Shown here: positions 18,331 through 29,392 of the stretch, piece by piece
Layout: each line of letters opens with the position of its first letter
Numbering within the stretch: position 1 is the first letter of the stretch
Source: an uncultured delta proteobacterium
GTDB taxonomy: Bacteria; Desulfobacterota; WTBG01; JAGOGO01
DNA: 64,000 nucleotides
Direction of reading: 5' to 3'
Assembly: GCA_963727835.1 (NCBI GenBank)
Contig: CAVSIB010000016.1
Location: 20,511 to 84,510, forward strand
The notes under the pieces: generated by a model
The model's input: only the letters and a program-made list of their open reading frames with translations
The model's database searches: none
What the model was told of the DNA's origin: nothing
Translations under genes and position numbers: made by a program

Positions 18331-19989
18331 TTATTTTTCCTGAGGATCATCATAGAATTGGGCAAATACGAAGCCGCGGTCACTATCCACAAACGCTGGT
18401 TGTGGAAGCTGGAGCTTATCGTCCCTATAGCGTTTTTCGCGGGTAATAAGCGTTATACGTCGAGAAGGTTGCGAAACCAGCTCCCGAAACTGATCAAGGC
18501 TAAATAAACGGTTCTTCTCGGGTGCGCGAGATACTCCGTAGTCGAGTTCTCCGGGTTTGCCGAGCAGGCATACGTCGCTTCGCTTATAAAACCAGCAAAC
18601 CGCAGACACGAGGTAGTTATCAGAAACCAAGGTCGTGTCCGGGCTTATCCTGTCTGTATGACGCAGTAAAAACTCACCCGGGACGAGATCATCTTTAAAT
18701 CTATCCGGCATGGCAACGTGCGAGATCAGCATGAGCAACAAGGGTCCAAGACAAAACAAGACAAGTTTTTGCTTAACATCCGAGGTTGCCGCGGCAACCA
18801 TAAAAAACACCGTCCAAGTCACAAGTCCCAAAAATAGGAAAACAAGTTTCCAGATTTCACCTGGCTCAAAAATTTTCCAATCCGGCGAAACCGGTAGCAC
18901 CTGACTGAGAAGCAGGCCGACTGCGCATAATCCCATTACCACCGCCAAAAAAAATGCGCCAATTGTTACCCATTTTGTTTCCTTTTTGAGGTAGTCAAGA
19001 AGACCCGCAGTAATAAGAATTACCAGAGGCTGAAAACAGGGGAGGATGTAAGTGCCGAGCTTGCCCCGTGAGGCGGAGAGGAACAAGAAAGGAAAGAGTA
19101 ACCAGCAGAAGGCAAACCGGAGAAGTGAATCCTTGAGAGCTCTCTCCTTGAGGCCTGAAAATGCAGCCGGAATGAATACCGTCCAGGGCAGCCCGCCCAG
19201 AAACAACAAGGGAATAAAGTAGTAGAAAGGCTGCGGATGCTGTGCGTCCTCTGACATAAACCGTTTGATGTGTTCTACCCAAAAAAAGTAGTGCCAGAAA
19301 TCAGGCTCCCGTTGATGGATTATCACGCTCCAAGGCAAAGCAACAAGGAGAGCAGCCACAAGGGGTACCCAGCAAATCCTGACAAGTTCCTGCCATCGGC
19401 GTTCCCAGATCATAAACGGCACAATCGTCATTACTGGTATCGCAAAAGCAAGAAATCCCTTGGCAAGGAACGCGAGACCGCAGAAGACTCCGAAAATCAC
19501 CAGAAAGCCAATCTTTCTCCCGGCCTGCTTCTCACTATGGGCAAAAAAGAAAGAAACCATCGCGCCAGCCAAAAATAGGGAAAATATGCTATCTAAAACA
19601 TTGAAACATCCAACCCCGAAGACTTCCATAGAGGTAAGAAAAACTGCAGCAGTGCTGATGCCTGCTAAAGATCCGCCTCCGAACTTTCGGACGAGCAAAA
19701 AAAGCAGTAGCGCAGACATGCCCATGGTGAGAGCGGACGGCAGACGCACCGCAAAGGCGTTTTGGCCAAAAAGAAACATCGCGGCTGCATTAAACCAATA
19801 TCCCATCACCGGTTTTTCAAAATACCGGAGTCCATCAAGATGGGGCACAACCCAATCTCCCGAAACGAGCATCTCCCGGGGAATCTCAGCGTACCGGGTC
19901 TCGTCGGGGAGGACGATCGGTCGAAGGCCGAGCGGCACGATGTAAATCAAAATAAAAAGTCCGATTACAACAAGAGATAATTTTTTCAT
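18331..19989 (-). CDS. arnT: Undecaprenyl-phosphate-alpha-L-Ara4N : lipid A arabinosyltransferase ArnT (GT83)
   Basis: 552 aa. N-terminus PDETRYAEIPREMLVSGDWVVPHLDGLRYFEKP and the internal QREPDFWHYFFWVEHIKRF are near-identical to the E. coli ArnT signature regions. ~12 TM helices plus a C-terminal periplasmic domain. Confidence 0.9.
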   Translation of the reverse strand: MKKLSLVVIGLFILIYIVPLGLRPIVLPDETRYAEIPREMLVSGDWVVPHLDGLRYFEKPVMGYWFNAAAMFLFGQNAFAVRLPSALTMGMSALLLFLLVRKFGGGSLAGISTAAVFLTSMEVFGVGCFNVLDSIFSLFLAGAMVSFFFAHSEKQAGRKIGFLVIFGVFCGLAFLAKGFLAFAIPVMTIVPFMIWERRWQELVRICWVPLVAALLVALPWSVIIHQREPDFWHYFFWVEHIKRFMSEDAQHPQPFYYFIPLLFLGGLPWTVFIPAAFSGLKERALKDSLLRFAFCWLLFPFLFLSASRGKLGTYILPCFQPLVILITAGLLDYLKKETKWVTIGAFFLAVVMGLCAVGLLLSQVLPVSPDWKIFEPGEIWKLVFLFLGLVTWTVFFMVAAATSDVKQKLVLFCLGPLLLMLISHVAMPDRFKDDLVPGEFLLRHTDRISPDTTLVSDNYLVSAVCWFYKRSDVCLLGKPGELDYGVSRAPEKNRLFSLDQFRELVSQPSRRITLITREKRYRDDKLQLPQPAFVDSDRGFVFAQFYDDPQEK

Positions 19990-20086
19990 TGGTTATTTTT
20001 TGTTGCCAGCGGGAACTGCGTTAACGCCTGAAAGGAGTATCGGCCTATGCGGATTTTGGGTGAACTTTTCGCAGCGTTCACATCTT

Positions 20087-20473
20087 TTACCCACTTCGGG
20101 TGATCAGAAAAACTCCACAACAAATGACAAGAATGCCCATCCACCGTGCAAAACCAAGAACCTCTCCAAAAAAAATTTGTCCTACTAATGCAGTCACGAT
20201 ATACCCTACGCTTAACAGCGGATACGCATAACTTACATCCACCCGAGACAGAACCATGAGCCACACAACGATACTAAAAGCATAGCACGCCATACCCAGG
20301 AGGATATGCGGATTAAGTGCCACCTTCAGCCCAACCGATATAAAGTTTTTTGCGACAAAAGAAAACGGCCCAATGGCTCGCATTCCTTGCTTGAGAAAAA
20401 GTTGGGCTGAGGCATTCAAAAGCACACCACATAAGGCCAACGGAAGATAGCGATTCATAGGGTATCCTCGCAA
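20087..20473 (-). CDS. arnF: ArnE/ArnF-family (SMR/EamA-like, 4-TM) Und-P-Ara4N flippase subunit
   Basis: 128 aa with four hydrophobic helices, similar in size and pattern to E. coli ArnF. Located between arnD and arnT. Only one such subunit is present in the locus. Confidence 0.75.
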   Translation of the reverse strand: MRGYPMNRYLPLALCGVLLNASAQLFLKQGMRAIGPFSFVAKNFISVGLKVALNPHILLGMACYAFSIVVWLMVLSRVDVSYAYPLLSVGYIVTALVGQIFFGEVLGFARWMGILVICCGVFLITRSG

Positions 20474-20479
20474 TTTATA

Positions 20480-21400
20480 TTAAGATACTGTTGCCTGGCA
20501 AGAAACCCATCCCTCACGGCCAGGAATTGTTTTGGGAATCATGGGAGAACATTCATACTGGGAAGCATCAGCAAGCAAACCTCCTAAGGGGCTAAACGTG
20601 GCCCCCTGGGATTGGGCTTGTTTCAAAAACTGCTCAAACATCTTAAGACAGATCATTCCTTCTACTTCCGCGTGAATGGTCAACACATTAAGCCCATGGG
20701 GTTGCAGTAGAGAAAGAATATACTCATTGTAATTGTGGTTTGAAATCCCCTTACGTCCAATAACTTCATCATACGTTGGTAAGGTAACGGGAATTTGGGG
20801 TTGGGAAAGTGTTATTCCATTCACCAGGGGGAAAAATATGCTTTTCCCCCGGCAGTCACTGTTGTAGGTAAAAGGAAATGTGGCTTTCTCCTTTAAGACC
20901 TGATCGTTACATTTCCATCCCGGAACCGCAGAACATGATGGTGGCCGGTCCACAATCGCGGTAAGCAATGCGATACCTCTTTTAAACGTATCATGGATGA
21001 CATCACTGCTCATGTTGTGAAGATACCTCTGCCATGCGTAATGATCCCAGGAATGAAAGCCAATTTCATGGCCTGCCCCTGCTGTCGCTCGAATAAGAGG
21101 CCCCAATTTTTCCCCAATAACTGGTCCCGGCCAGAACACCCCCTTGAGAAGGATATCCCACCCATACAGTTTCGTTGCCTGGGAACGCAGCATCTTTTTT
21201 AAAAATGCGGGACGAAACAATCGCCACAGATGACGCCCCATATTATCCGGCCCCACAGAAAAAAAGAATGAGGCGGTGATACCGAACTCCGCTAAAAGTT
21301 TACCTAGACTGGGCACGCCGAAACGGGTACCTCTAAAGGTGTCAACGTCAATGCGCAGGCCTATCTTCATGGCATCGTGATTATAACGGCTCATTCGCAA
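20480..21400 (-). CDS. arnD: 4-deoxy-4-formamido-L-arabinose-phosphoundecaprenol deformylase ArnD
   Basis: KIGLRIDVDTFRGTRFGVPSLGKLL...SFFFSVGPDNMGRHLWRL...GWDILLKG...NSDCRG...IPVTLPTYDEVIG...TIHAEVEG is collinear with E. coli ArnD (polysaccharide deacetylase fold). Confidence 0.92.
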   Translation of the reverse strand: MRMSRYNHDAMKIGLRIDVDTFRGTRFGVPSLGKLLAEFGITASFFFSVGPDNMGRHLWRLFRPAFLKKMLRSQATKLYGWDILLKGVFWPGPVIGEKLGPLIRATAGAGHEIGFHSWDHYAWQRYLHNMSSDVIHDTFKRGIALLTAIVDRPPSCSAVPGWKCNDQVLKEKATFPFTYNSDCRGKSIFFPLVNGITLSQPQIPVTLPTYDEVIGRKGISNHNYNEYILSLLQPHGLNVLTIHAEVEGMICLKMFEQFLKQAQSQGATFSPLGGLLADASQYECSPMIPKTIPGREGWVSCQATVS

Positions 21401-23404
21401 TCACTGGTTGTCTTCATGGTATCGACCAGAGCCGATAGCTTCCCGCAAGAAAAAATCGAGGGTTTGCTCTACCGATTGCTCAAGCTCTATCGAAGGTTCC
21501 CACTGCAAGAGCTGCTTGGCTTTCCGAATGCTTGGTCTTCGGTGTTGCAGATCCTGATAACCACTTCCATAATATACTGAGCTTTCTACCTCCTGAAAAC
21601 CGGCAAATGGCGGGAAGTTTGACCGAAGGGGATGTTTTTCAAATTTTTTCACCAACATCTCTCCCAGCGCTTTGATGCTCGCCTCATTATCCGGGTTGCC
21701 AATATTGATGATCTGCCCATCACAACAGTGGTTAGGATTTTCGATAATGCGAAACAAGCATTCGATCCCGTCGGAAATATCGGTAAAACAACGTTTCTGA
21801 TTTCCGCCGTCAATGAGCTTAATCGGTGTTCCTTCTACCAGGTTAAGGATGAGTTGGGTAATAGCGCGAGAACTCCCGATCCGTGCCGAGTTCAAGCTGT
21901 CCAAGCGCGGCCCGATCCAATTAAAAGGACGAAAAAGTGTAAAATGAAGCCCTTCCTGCTGACCGTATGCCCAGATAACCCGGTCAAGCAATTGCTTGCT
22001 GCAGGAATATATCCAGCGCTGCATGCGGATGGGGCCTAACACTAATTTCGAAGTATCTTCATTAAACTCGCCTTCATCGCACATGCCATAAACTTCAGAC
22101 GTTGAGGGGAAAATAATCCGTTTTTTATATTTTACACAGTATCGGACAACTCTCAGATTTTGTTCAAAATCGAGTTCAAAAACTTGGAGTGGTCTGCGCG
22201 TATATTCGATGGGTGTGGCGATGGCCACGAGCGGGATGACTATATCGCATTTTTTTATGTGGTACTCGATCCATTCGCGGTGAATGGCAATATCCCCTTC
22301 ATGAAAGTAAAATCCTGGTTTTCCCAAAAAACGTTGGATAGAGTTGGATTGGAGGTCTAACCCGTGTACTTCATAGTTTCCGTTATCCAGAAGCTTTTCA
22401 CTTAAGGCGTTACCGATAAAACCATCCATTCCTAAAATGAGAATTTTTTTCTTTTTTACCATCTCGATGTATTTGCTAGTAGAAAGTCCAAAGGTCATCC
22501 CCTCAACAAGATTGAATTCACGGGCAAGCTGAGTGCCACCCATGTAAATACCATTTTCAGCCTGGCCGAAATCAACACGGATGGCGCCTTTCCCGCACTG
22601 AATCACCAAAGGATCAAGAGAAATAATGGTGCCGGGATTCGCTTTTTTTTCATAATCCGGCATTTCAGTAACCATCCAAAAAAAACATTTGCGGTCACCG
22701 ATATAGCTGAATGCGCCCGGATAAGGAATGGTCACCGCCCGCACCAGATTTTTTACCTGGGAGGCCGTGGCAGCCCAGTTGATTTCACCGTCTTTGGGCC
22801 TGCGTCCGCCATAATAGGTTGCCTGAGAATGCTCCTGAGGTTGGCGCGTTACCGTTCTTTTTTTTATCTGGGGAAGAATTTCATCGAGCAATTGGCGCGA
22901 AGCCACAACCATTTTTTCGTAAAGCGACCGCGCAGTGTCATAATCAGAAATTGGGATTCGCTTCTGACCGACAATGTCTCCATCGTCAGCCCGGGGAGTC
23001 ATGTAATGAAGCGTAACCCCGGTTTCTTTCTCACCGTTGATCAGCACCCAGTTTATCGGACAACGTCCACGGTACTTGGGAAGGAGCGATCCGTGAAGAT
23101 TGAAGCATCCCGCAGGTGGGATGTTAAGGATAGGAGGACGTATAAGGTAGCGGTAATAGAAAGAAAAAATAATATCCGGCGCGAGTTCTTGAATCTTTTT
23201 TACCCAGAGGGGGTGATTGATATCATCGGGTGCATAAACGAGAAGATTATGGCTCGCAGCGCATTCGGTAACCGAATTAAACCAAAGGTTTTCATGAGGA
23301 TCATCCTTATGGGTAAAAACCGCAGCAATCTCGAACCCGTTTCGCACCAGGGCTTCAATGCCAGCACAGCCGATGTTATGATAGGCAAAAACTACAGCTT
23401 TCAT
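21401..23404 (-). CDS. arnA: Bifunctional UDP-glucuronate decarboxylase / UDP-Ara4N formyltransferase ArnA
   Basis: 667 aa. N-terminal formyltransferase ([13 protein letters not shown]...SFYYRYLI...[33 protein letters not shown]). C-terminal SDR dehydrogenase ([12 protein letters not shown]...[13 protein letters not shown]...[11 protein letters not shown]...[19 protein letters not shown]...[18 protein letters not shown]). Near-collinear with E. coli ArnA. Confidence 0.95.
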   Translation of the reverse strand: MKAVVFAYHNIGCAGIEALVRNGFEIAAVFTHKDDPHENLWFNSVTECAASHNLLVYAPDDINHPLWVKKIQELAPDIIFSFYYRYLIRPPILNIPPAGCFNLHGSLLPKYRGRCPINWVLINGEKETGVTLHYMTPRADDGDIVGQKRIPISDYDTARSLYEKMVVASRQLLDEILPQIKKRTVTRQPQEHSQATYYGGRRPKDGEINWAATASQVKNLVRAVTIPYPGAFSYIGDRKCFFWMVTEMPDYEKKANPGTIISLDPLVIQCGKGAIRVDFGQAENGIYMGGTQLAREFNLVEGMTFGLSTSKYIEMVKKKKILILGMDGFIGNALSEKLLDNGNYEVHGLDLQSNSIQRFLGKPGFYFHEGDIAIHREWIEYHIKKCDIVIPLVAIATPIEYTRRPLQVFELDFEQNLRVVRYCVKYKKRIIFPSTSEVYGMCDEGEFNEDTSKLVLGPIRMQRWIYSCSKQLLDRVIWAYGQQEGLHFTLFRPFNWIGPRLDSLNSARIGSSRAITQLILNLVEGTPIKLIDGGNQKRCFTDISDGIECLFRIIENPNHCCDGQIINIGNPDNEASIKALGEMLVKKFEKHPLRSNFPPFAGFQEVESSVYYGSGYQDLQHRRPSIRKAKQLLQWEPSIELEQSVEQTLDFFLREAIGSGRYHEDNQ

Positions 23405-23484
23405 TTTGTCACCTTAAAATTAATTTTAATCAAATTTAGCTCCATAGAGCTCTTTGCTTTAGCCTCATAATAAAAAAATATAGT

Positions 23485-25172
23485 TTATCCTCCTTCTCTT
23501 TTAATCTCCCAAGCCACAAGCTTCTTTTCAGAGTTCTTCTCCCAAGGGAAGATCTTTTCGTTCACGCTCGGTTGCCCCAAGGTTCCGGCAGGAAGCTCTC
23601 GGAACAGATACTTGAGGTCACGACGGGTCGAAATCAGCACTTTGGTGTCTTTCCCTGATCGGAGAAAATTTGTGACTGATTCAGGAGACTTCACTACCCG
23701 CACAAAGCCGGGGACATCCAAATAGAACAGAACAGTGGTCTCGATTTCGCGATAGAACGCGATATCTGTGGGCATGATATTCGTTACCTGGGTTTGTATC
23801 TCCCGAGCAAATGGTTTTTTTGTACGGTAATCTTCAAACCTTACCTGCTGCCAGCAGAAAAAGCCTCCCATGAGAATAGCTGCTGTGGCAACCAAACAAG
23901 CTGCCTTTTGATTGATCCCCGTAACCTTGACCAGCAGGTTGAGACGCCATCTTTTTATAATCCAGGGGGTTAAGGCAAAAAAGCTTACTATGAGCGTAGC
24001 AAGCTTAATACCCCCGGAACTACAAAATCTATGCGTTTTTGAAGAAAGAAGCAAATCGCCGGACTCAAAAACCCAAAAAGTACAATAAGGGCAAAGAGTC
24101 CTTCCTGGATGCCAAGCCCCAAACGTTTCCACCCTTCTTCGCCGACAGTCTTTAAATAAACTGCAACAATTAGAGCGCAGAAGGGGAGGATCGGGAGAAT
24201 GTAGTAACTCCTCCTTGAACCGGAAGCAGTAAACAAGAGAAAAATGAGAAGCGTGGCCTCTACAAGCCACCTAGTTTTGCCATCAAGGTTCTTTATCGAG
24301 GCAGTCGTTCTGAAAATCGCCACGAGAAGTAATGGGGTCCAGGGCAAAAAGAGGACAGGGAGATAATAGAAATACACATAAAAAGGTTCCACATGATCAA
24401 AGGGATGGAAAAAGCGCTGAATATTTTCCTGGAACACCAGGGCAAGTCCAGTTTCCTGATATGATCCTTGGGTCAGGTTAGCATAAATAAATGGAGCCAG
24501 ATAAAGGGCAAGGCCGATAATAAGGGACATAGCGTGGGAAGGCGAAAGGAGTGCCCGCCACCGCCGTTCTCGAAGAACATCCGGCAATAGCGCTACCATT
24601 GGCACTACCACTGCGGTAAGCCCTTTGGTTTGGGCGCCAATAAAGCAAATGAGATAAAAAACGAGATAGGTCAAAAAATTTTCTCTTCCCCGCCAAGTCC
24701 AATACCAGGCGATAGATAGGATGACCGTGGCAAGGTTTTCCATGTCTGCGGTCCCTGACCTTGACCAAAAAAGAAATCCAAATGCAGTAAGAAGAATCCA
24801 GCCGGATGTCCTTCCAGCTTCCTCTGACCATAATCTTCTCCCCAGAAACACTGTTGCCCAAAGCACCATTATGCCTGCAATTGCGCTTGGAAGCCTTACC
24901 GTCCATTCATTGAGTTTGCCCGTGAGGGCAGAGACTAGAGCGATAAGCCAGTAGGTAAGAAGGGGCTTGTCAAAGTAGGGTTCGCCATTGATAGTGGGGT
25001 GGAAGAAATTCCCCGAAAGAAACATCTCTCGGGTGACCTCAGCCCAACGGTCCTCGGAGGCCCAGAGGCCTCGGTTACCAAGTACCCAGAAAAGAAAAAA
25101 CAATGCAACTACCCAAAAGATGATATCCGAAATTCGTATCCGTACCTTTGCTTTTGAGACACTACTATCCAC
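23485..25172 (-). CDS. ArnT/PMT-family (GT83/COG1807) membrane glycosyltransferase, paralog 2; one frameshift
   Basis: N-terminal part (23988-25172) has SEDRWAEVTREMFLSGNFFHPTINGEPYFDKPLLTYW and multiple TM helices. The C-terminal part (23485-24270 frame) continues after a C5/G5 run at 24011-24015: reading ..DFVVPGV then GIKLATLIV.. joins if one G is inserted. Confidence 0.75.
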
Positions 25173-26106
25173 GATGGATCTTCCTCAAGAGGTATGGTGG
25201 TCGCCTCCTAACCGCCTGGAAAATTCTTCCGATGTACTCGCCCAGAACCCCGAGCGCAAAAAGCTGAGCACCGATAAAGCAGAAAAGTACGGCAAAGAGA
25301 GTAAATACTCCTTGTCCCGCCCATTGTGCCCCGTAATAAAATCGGAGAAACAGTATAAGCATCCCAAGCAGGAGACCCAGTATAGCAATCACGGTTCCTA
25401 CAAAGAAAAGAACCCGGAGAGGCAACAGAGAAAACCCAGTCACAAGATCAAGTTGCAAGCTGAAAAGCTTCAGGAGTGAGTACTTTGATTCTCCCGCACA
25501 TCTTTCTTTATGAAGAACAGGGATCTCTATTGGATTTCTCGCAAACAAGGTAGCTAAAGCAGGAATAAATGTCCGGTACTCAGGATTCGCCAGTATCGCT
25601 TCCACAACTTCCCGACTGTAACCCCGAAGCATACAACCGAAATCATCCAGAGATATGCCGGATATTTTTTTTACAAGCTTGTTCGTAAATTTCGATGCCC
25701 ATCTCCTAAAGAACGTATCTTGCCGGTTAATTCGGATGCTTCCCACGAGATCGTGCCCTTTGTTAAAGGCCTCGACTAACTTCGGAATCTCTTCCGGAGG
25801 ATTCTGCAAGTCAGCGTCGAGGGTAACGACAAACTCGCCTCGCGACTCAGCAAATCCAGCCAAAACCGCAGCGTGCTGTCCATAATTTCGGTTTAGCAGG
25901 ATCCCAATGACTTTACCCGGGTTCTGTTCGGCAGCCTCAGTAATAAGTTGGGCAGATCGGTCAATACTGCCATCATCCACCAGAATAATCTCGAAGGTCT
26001 TCCCCAGGTTGTTACAGGCTGTCAAGCAACGGCTGATAAGTTCCTTAAGGTTTGCCTCCTCGTTAAACGCAGGAATAACAACCGATAACAAAGGTGATGC
26101 ACTCAT
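25165..26106 (-). CDS. arnC: Undecaprenyl-phosphate 4-deoxy-4-formamido-L-arabinose transferase ArnC (GT2)
   Basis: LSVVIPAFNEE...IILVDDGS.DRS...NRNYGQHAAVLAGF...VVTLDADLQNPPEEIPKLV...GCMLRGYSR..TFIPALA...ESKYS, plus two C-terminal TM helices. Collinear with E. coli ArnC. Confidence 0.92.
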   Translation of the reverse strand: MSASPLLSVVIPAFNEEANLKELISRCLTACNNLGKTFEIILVDDGSIDRSAQLITEAAEQNPGKVIGILLNRNYGQHAAVLAGFAESRGEFVVTLDADLQNPPEEIPKLVEAFNKGHDLVGSIRINRQDTFFRRWASKFTNKLVKKISGISLDDFGCMLRGYSREVVEAILANPEYRTFIPALATLFARNPIEIPVLHKERCAGESKYSLLKLFSLQLDLVTGFSLLPLRVLFFVGTVIAILGLLLGMLILFLRFYYGAQWAGQGVFTLFAVLFCFIGAQLFALGVLGEYIGRIFQAVRRRPPYLLRKIHRG

Positions 26107-27254
26107 CGCTTTAACACCTCTTTTATTGTATCCACAACCTCATCCACATCTTCACTGGTCATGTCCGGGAAAAGCGGGAGAGAGCAGATCCGGTCGGAGT
26201 TCCACTCTGTGTTCGGCAGCATGCCCCGGCACGTGCCCATTGATTCCCGAAAATATTTTTGAAGGTGAACCGCCCGAAAATGAAGTCCGGTGCCGATATT
26301 TCTCTTTTTTAATTCTTCCATAAACGCATCCCGGGATAGGCCTGCCTTATCAATATTTAAGCGAATAATAAAAAGATTCCAGGAGTGCTTCATCGAATAC
26401 AATGGATCAGAGAGGGGCGTGATTTCATCAAGTTCGACAAGCCGTTCACGGTATCGCAGAGCTAATGCGGTTCGTTTTTTAATCAACTCCTCGAGCCGGG
26501 CCAGTTGTTTCAGTCCCAAAGCAGCAGCAATGTCGGTGAGGTTATACTTATATCCGGGGACAAGAACTTGGGCTTGGGGAGAACGGCCGCGGGTAAAACG
26601 ATCATACGCATCCACGCCCAGCCCGTGGAACTTCAGTTGGCGGATACCCTCCAGAAGCTCGGGGTTGTCCGAACAAAACATACCTCCCTCACCCGTGGTA
26701 ATATTTTTTATGGGGTGAAAAGAAAAAATTGCTGTTCCGGTTTGGCCAATACGGGTATCCTTATACTCAGTTCCCAACGCGTGGGCTGCATCATCAGCAA
26801 GAAAAATATTATTCCGTGCAGCGAGCCGGCGAATAGAATCTATATCCGCAGGAGCCCCAGCAAAATGAACCGGAACAATTAACCGTGTTCGCTCGCTCAG
26901 GCATTCCCTCATTGAATCACCAGATACCATCAACGTGTCCCGTTCAATATCCGCAAACACGGGTTTCGCACCTGCGAGGACAATAAGATTCACCGTAGAA
27001 ACCCAGGTCATTGACGGCGTAATAACCTCATCTCCCGGGCCGATACGTAAAGCGTGCAGCAAAAGATGCATGCCCGCAGTCGCGGAAGTGAGCGCTACCG
27101 CCCCCGAACAACCAACGTACTTGCAGAAATTCTCTTCAAAGTCAGTACATTTCACCCCGGTTGTTATCCATCCTGACCGCAGCACCCCGGCAATGGCGGT
27201 GATATCTTCCTCAGTAATGGAGGGACGCGAAAATGGCAAAAATTCTTTTCTCAT
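26103..27254 (-). CDS. arnB: UDP-4-amino-4-deoxy-L-arabinose--oxoglutarate aminotransferase ArnB (DegT/DnrJ/EryC1 family)
   Basis: EFLPFSRPSITEEDI...GWITTG...SATAGMHLLLHAL.IGPGDEVITPSMTWVSTVN...HFAGAPADID...SFHPIKNIT.GEGG...LKFHGLGVDAYDR...PGYKYNLTDIAAA...NTEWNSDRICSLPLFPDMT. Very close to E. coli ArnB. Confidence 0.95.
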   Translation of the reverse strand: MRKEFLPFSRPSITEEDITAIAGVLRSGWITTGVKCTDFEENFCKYVGCSGAVALTSATAGMHLLLHALRIGPGDEVITPSMTWVSTVNLIVLAGAKPVFADIERDTLMVSGDSMRECLSERTRLIVPVHFAGAPADIDSIRRLAARNNIFLADDAAHALGTEYKDTRIGQTGTAIFSFHPIKNITTGEGGMFCSDNPELLEGIRQLKFHGLGVDAYDRFTRGRSPQAQVLVPGYKYNLTDIAAALGLKQLARLEELIKKRTALALRYRERLVELDEITPLSDPLYSMKHSWNLFIIRLNIDKAGLSRDAFMEELKKRNIGTGLHFRAVHLQKYFRESMGTCRGMLPNTEWNSDRICSLPLFPDMTSEDVDEVVDTIKEVLKR

Positions 27255-27364
27255 CAGTTTTTTCGTTACCGTCTGTTTTTCAGAACTTTTTTAACTTCAA
27301 CGCTTTCTGCAGCGGTCATTTTTCTTTTTTAGCACACCGCCGTTGGGAGAAGCAATACTTATTT

Positions 27365-29158
27365 TCACTTCGCGCTAAGAGCGCTCCATGCATAAAGACA
27401 ATAGGCACGACGATCCCCGAGATGCCAGCATCGAAGTACCTGAAGCCGCGAGCGAACGTCATCCGGAAGATTGGGAAAAACCGCTTCGAACACGAGAAGT
27501 TTTCCCCGGGGAGTTGTCACTATATAACGGTCAAGTTCTTCAGAGGTAGCTATGTTCTTTGGCACAAAACCGGTGTCATACGGAATAACTCCCATCGTCG
27601 TTTCATCCAGACGATAGCCGATAAGCTCCGGGAAAGTGGCTTTCATAGTCTGGAGGTCTCTGGTAAAATAATGGAGATTTTTGACACCATCTCCCAAACG
27701 GAAAAACAGCGAGCCACCACACACAAAAAAAATAAAGACCAAACAAGCGCAGACCAATCCCACTCGTGGAGAGCCGCTTTTCCAGAGACGCATACCATAC
27801 GTAGTCAATCCTATACTCATGATCAAAAGTAACCCAAAGAGCATGAAAAACATTAACGCGGAAGGTTTGGCCTGCAACACCGCATGAAACCGGGCGAAAA
27901 AGCTCGCGCCGCCGAAATAGGCGACCGGCATGGCCACCAAAGTGGCTAAAACAGACAAAGCTAAAATCATAAGCATAATGACGTGCGTAGCGTGATCAAT
28001 TTTTTGCGAGTATTCCCTTTTAGCGGTTGCCGCAACCCACGCGCCGATAACGGCGCCAAGCGGGGCAAAGAGCGGCAAAAGGTAAAGCATGCGCTTGGTT
28101 GCTGGAAGACTTAGAAGAATAACGCCAATTGGAAATATTGAAGCAAGGGAAAATAACGCCGGACCATTCCATTCCGAAGGCCAGCATTTGCGCCAAAGCC
28201 AGTGACCAACCGCGGGAAGCGCAATCACCCACGGAATAATTTCGCTCGGAAATTGCAGGTAGTACCAGAAAGGGTGACGGTGCCCCCCTTCGTGGTATTG
28301 TCCGAATGCCGGGGAAATACGACCAAATACGTTGGGGCGTATAAAGCCGTCGAAAAGAAGCTCTTTGCCCCCCCGAAAATAAAGCATTAAAGGCCACCAC
28401 AGGCACAAAGCCAAAAAAATAACTATGCCCGGAATGTGCACCCACGAGCGAAAGAAGTTCCATCGCCGTGTTATCAGAGCAGCCACAAACAACGGTACCG
28501 CAACAAGACCCGGGCCAACCGGCCCTTTAACAAGGAAAGCAAGTCCGCCGGCAAGATAGATCACAAAAATGCCCCATGCGGAAGGCTTGATCGCTTTCTC
28601 ATCATCTAAATCTTTTTTACTGAAGACAGCAACCACAAAGCCCCAATAGCCTAGCATGACAAAAAGGGCAAGCCAGGGGTCAACCACCACCCTATGGAAA
28701 TGGTGATAAAAACCAGACAGGGTGGCCGTCACGATGGTAGCCATAAGGCCGGCAAACGGGTTTGCAATCCGCCTAGCCACATCAAATACCAAAATCAGCG
28801 TCATAACTCCGGCAAGAGCACTCGTGCTGCGCGCCACTCCGTCTGAAACCCCAAAGAGGTGGTACATTCCCGCCATGGCCCACCAGTAAAGCGGAGGTTT
28901 TTCCAGGAATGGTTTTCCTGCCAAGGTGGGAACAACAAAGTCGCCGCTCACCAACAGCTCCCGTCCAACCTCGGCATCGCGGGGTTCATCAGGAGTCCAG
29001 AGCGCATGATCAAAGACTCCGGTGAAAGAAATGAGAAGGCTTGCGGCAAGTGCCACCAAAAACGCCTGCCGATTAGTCAAGACAGTTAACTTCTCAACAA
29101 GGCTACCGATCAGTTTTAAAATCCAACTATTCATTATAACACTCGATTTTTTAAACAA
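27365..29158 (-). CDS. ArnT/PMT-family (GT83/COG1807) membrane glycosyltransferase, paralog 3
   Basis: 597 aa. PDEPRDAEVGRELLVSGDFVVPTLAGKPFLEKPPLYWW is followed by ~12 TM helices and a C-terminal soluble domain. Confidence 0.8.
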   Translation of the reverse strand: MFKKSSVIMNSWILKLIGSLVEKLTVLTNRQAFLVALAASLLISFTGVFDHALWTPDEPRDAEVGRELLVSGDFVVPTLAGKPFLEKPPLYWWAMAGMYHLFGVSDGVARSTSALAGVMTLILVFDVARRIANPFAGLMATIVTATLSGFYHHFHRVVVDPWLALFVMLGYWGFVVAVFSKKDLDDEKAIKPSAWGIFVIYLAGGLAFLVKGPVGPGLVAVPLFVAALITRRWNFFRSWVHIPGIVIFLALCLWWPLMLYFRGGKELLFDGFIRPNVFGRISPAFGQYHEGGHRHPFWYYLQFPSEIIPWVIALPAVGHWLWRKCWPSEWNGPALFSLASIFPIGVILLSLPATKRMLYLLPLFAPLGAVIGAWVAATAKREYSQKIDHATHVIMLMILALSVLATLVAMPVAYFGGASFFARFHAVLQAKPSALMFFMLFGLLLIMSIGLTTYGMRLWKSGSPRVGLVCACLVFIFFVCGGSLFFRLGDGVKNLHYFTRDLQTMKATFPELIGYRLDETTMGVIPYDTGFVPKNIATSEELDRYIVTTPRGKLLVFEAVFPNLPDDVRSRLQVLRCWHLGDRRAYCLYAWSALSAK

Positions 29159-29392
29159 TTATAGCAAATTTGTTTCAAAGACTCTTAAAAATATTATTAA
29201 TAACTCAATGAAGATTAACGGTGCATTAATTAAAAATTAATTTTTCTTAAGAAATATATACTACGAAAGGTTATCTCTGGTGAACTGATGCTCGTTACGG
29301 ATGCGAGAAAAAATTTTTGAATCACCTTCGCGGGTTATAACAGTCAATGGTATCGTTTTTTTATCTGAGCCATGCCTTTTCCCTTCCAACCA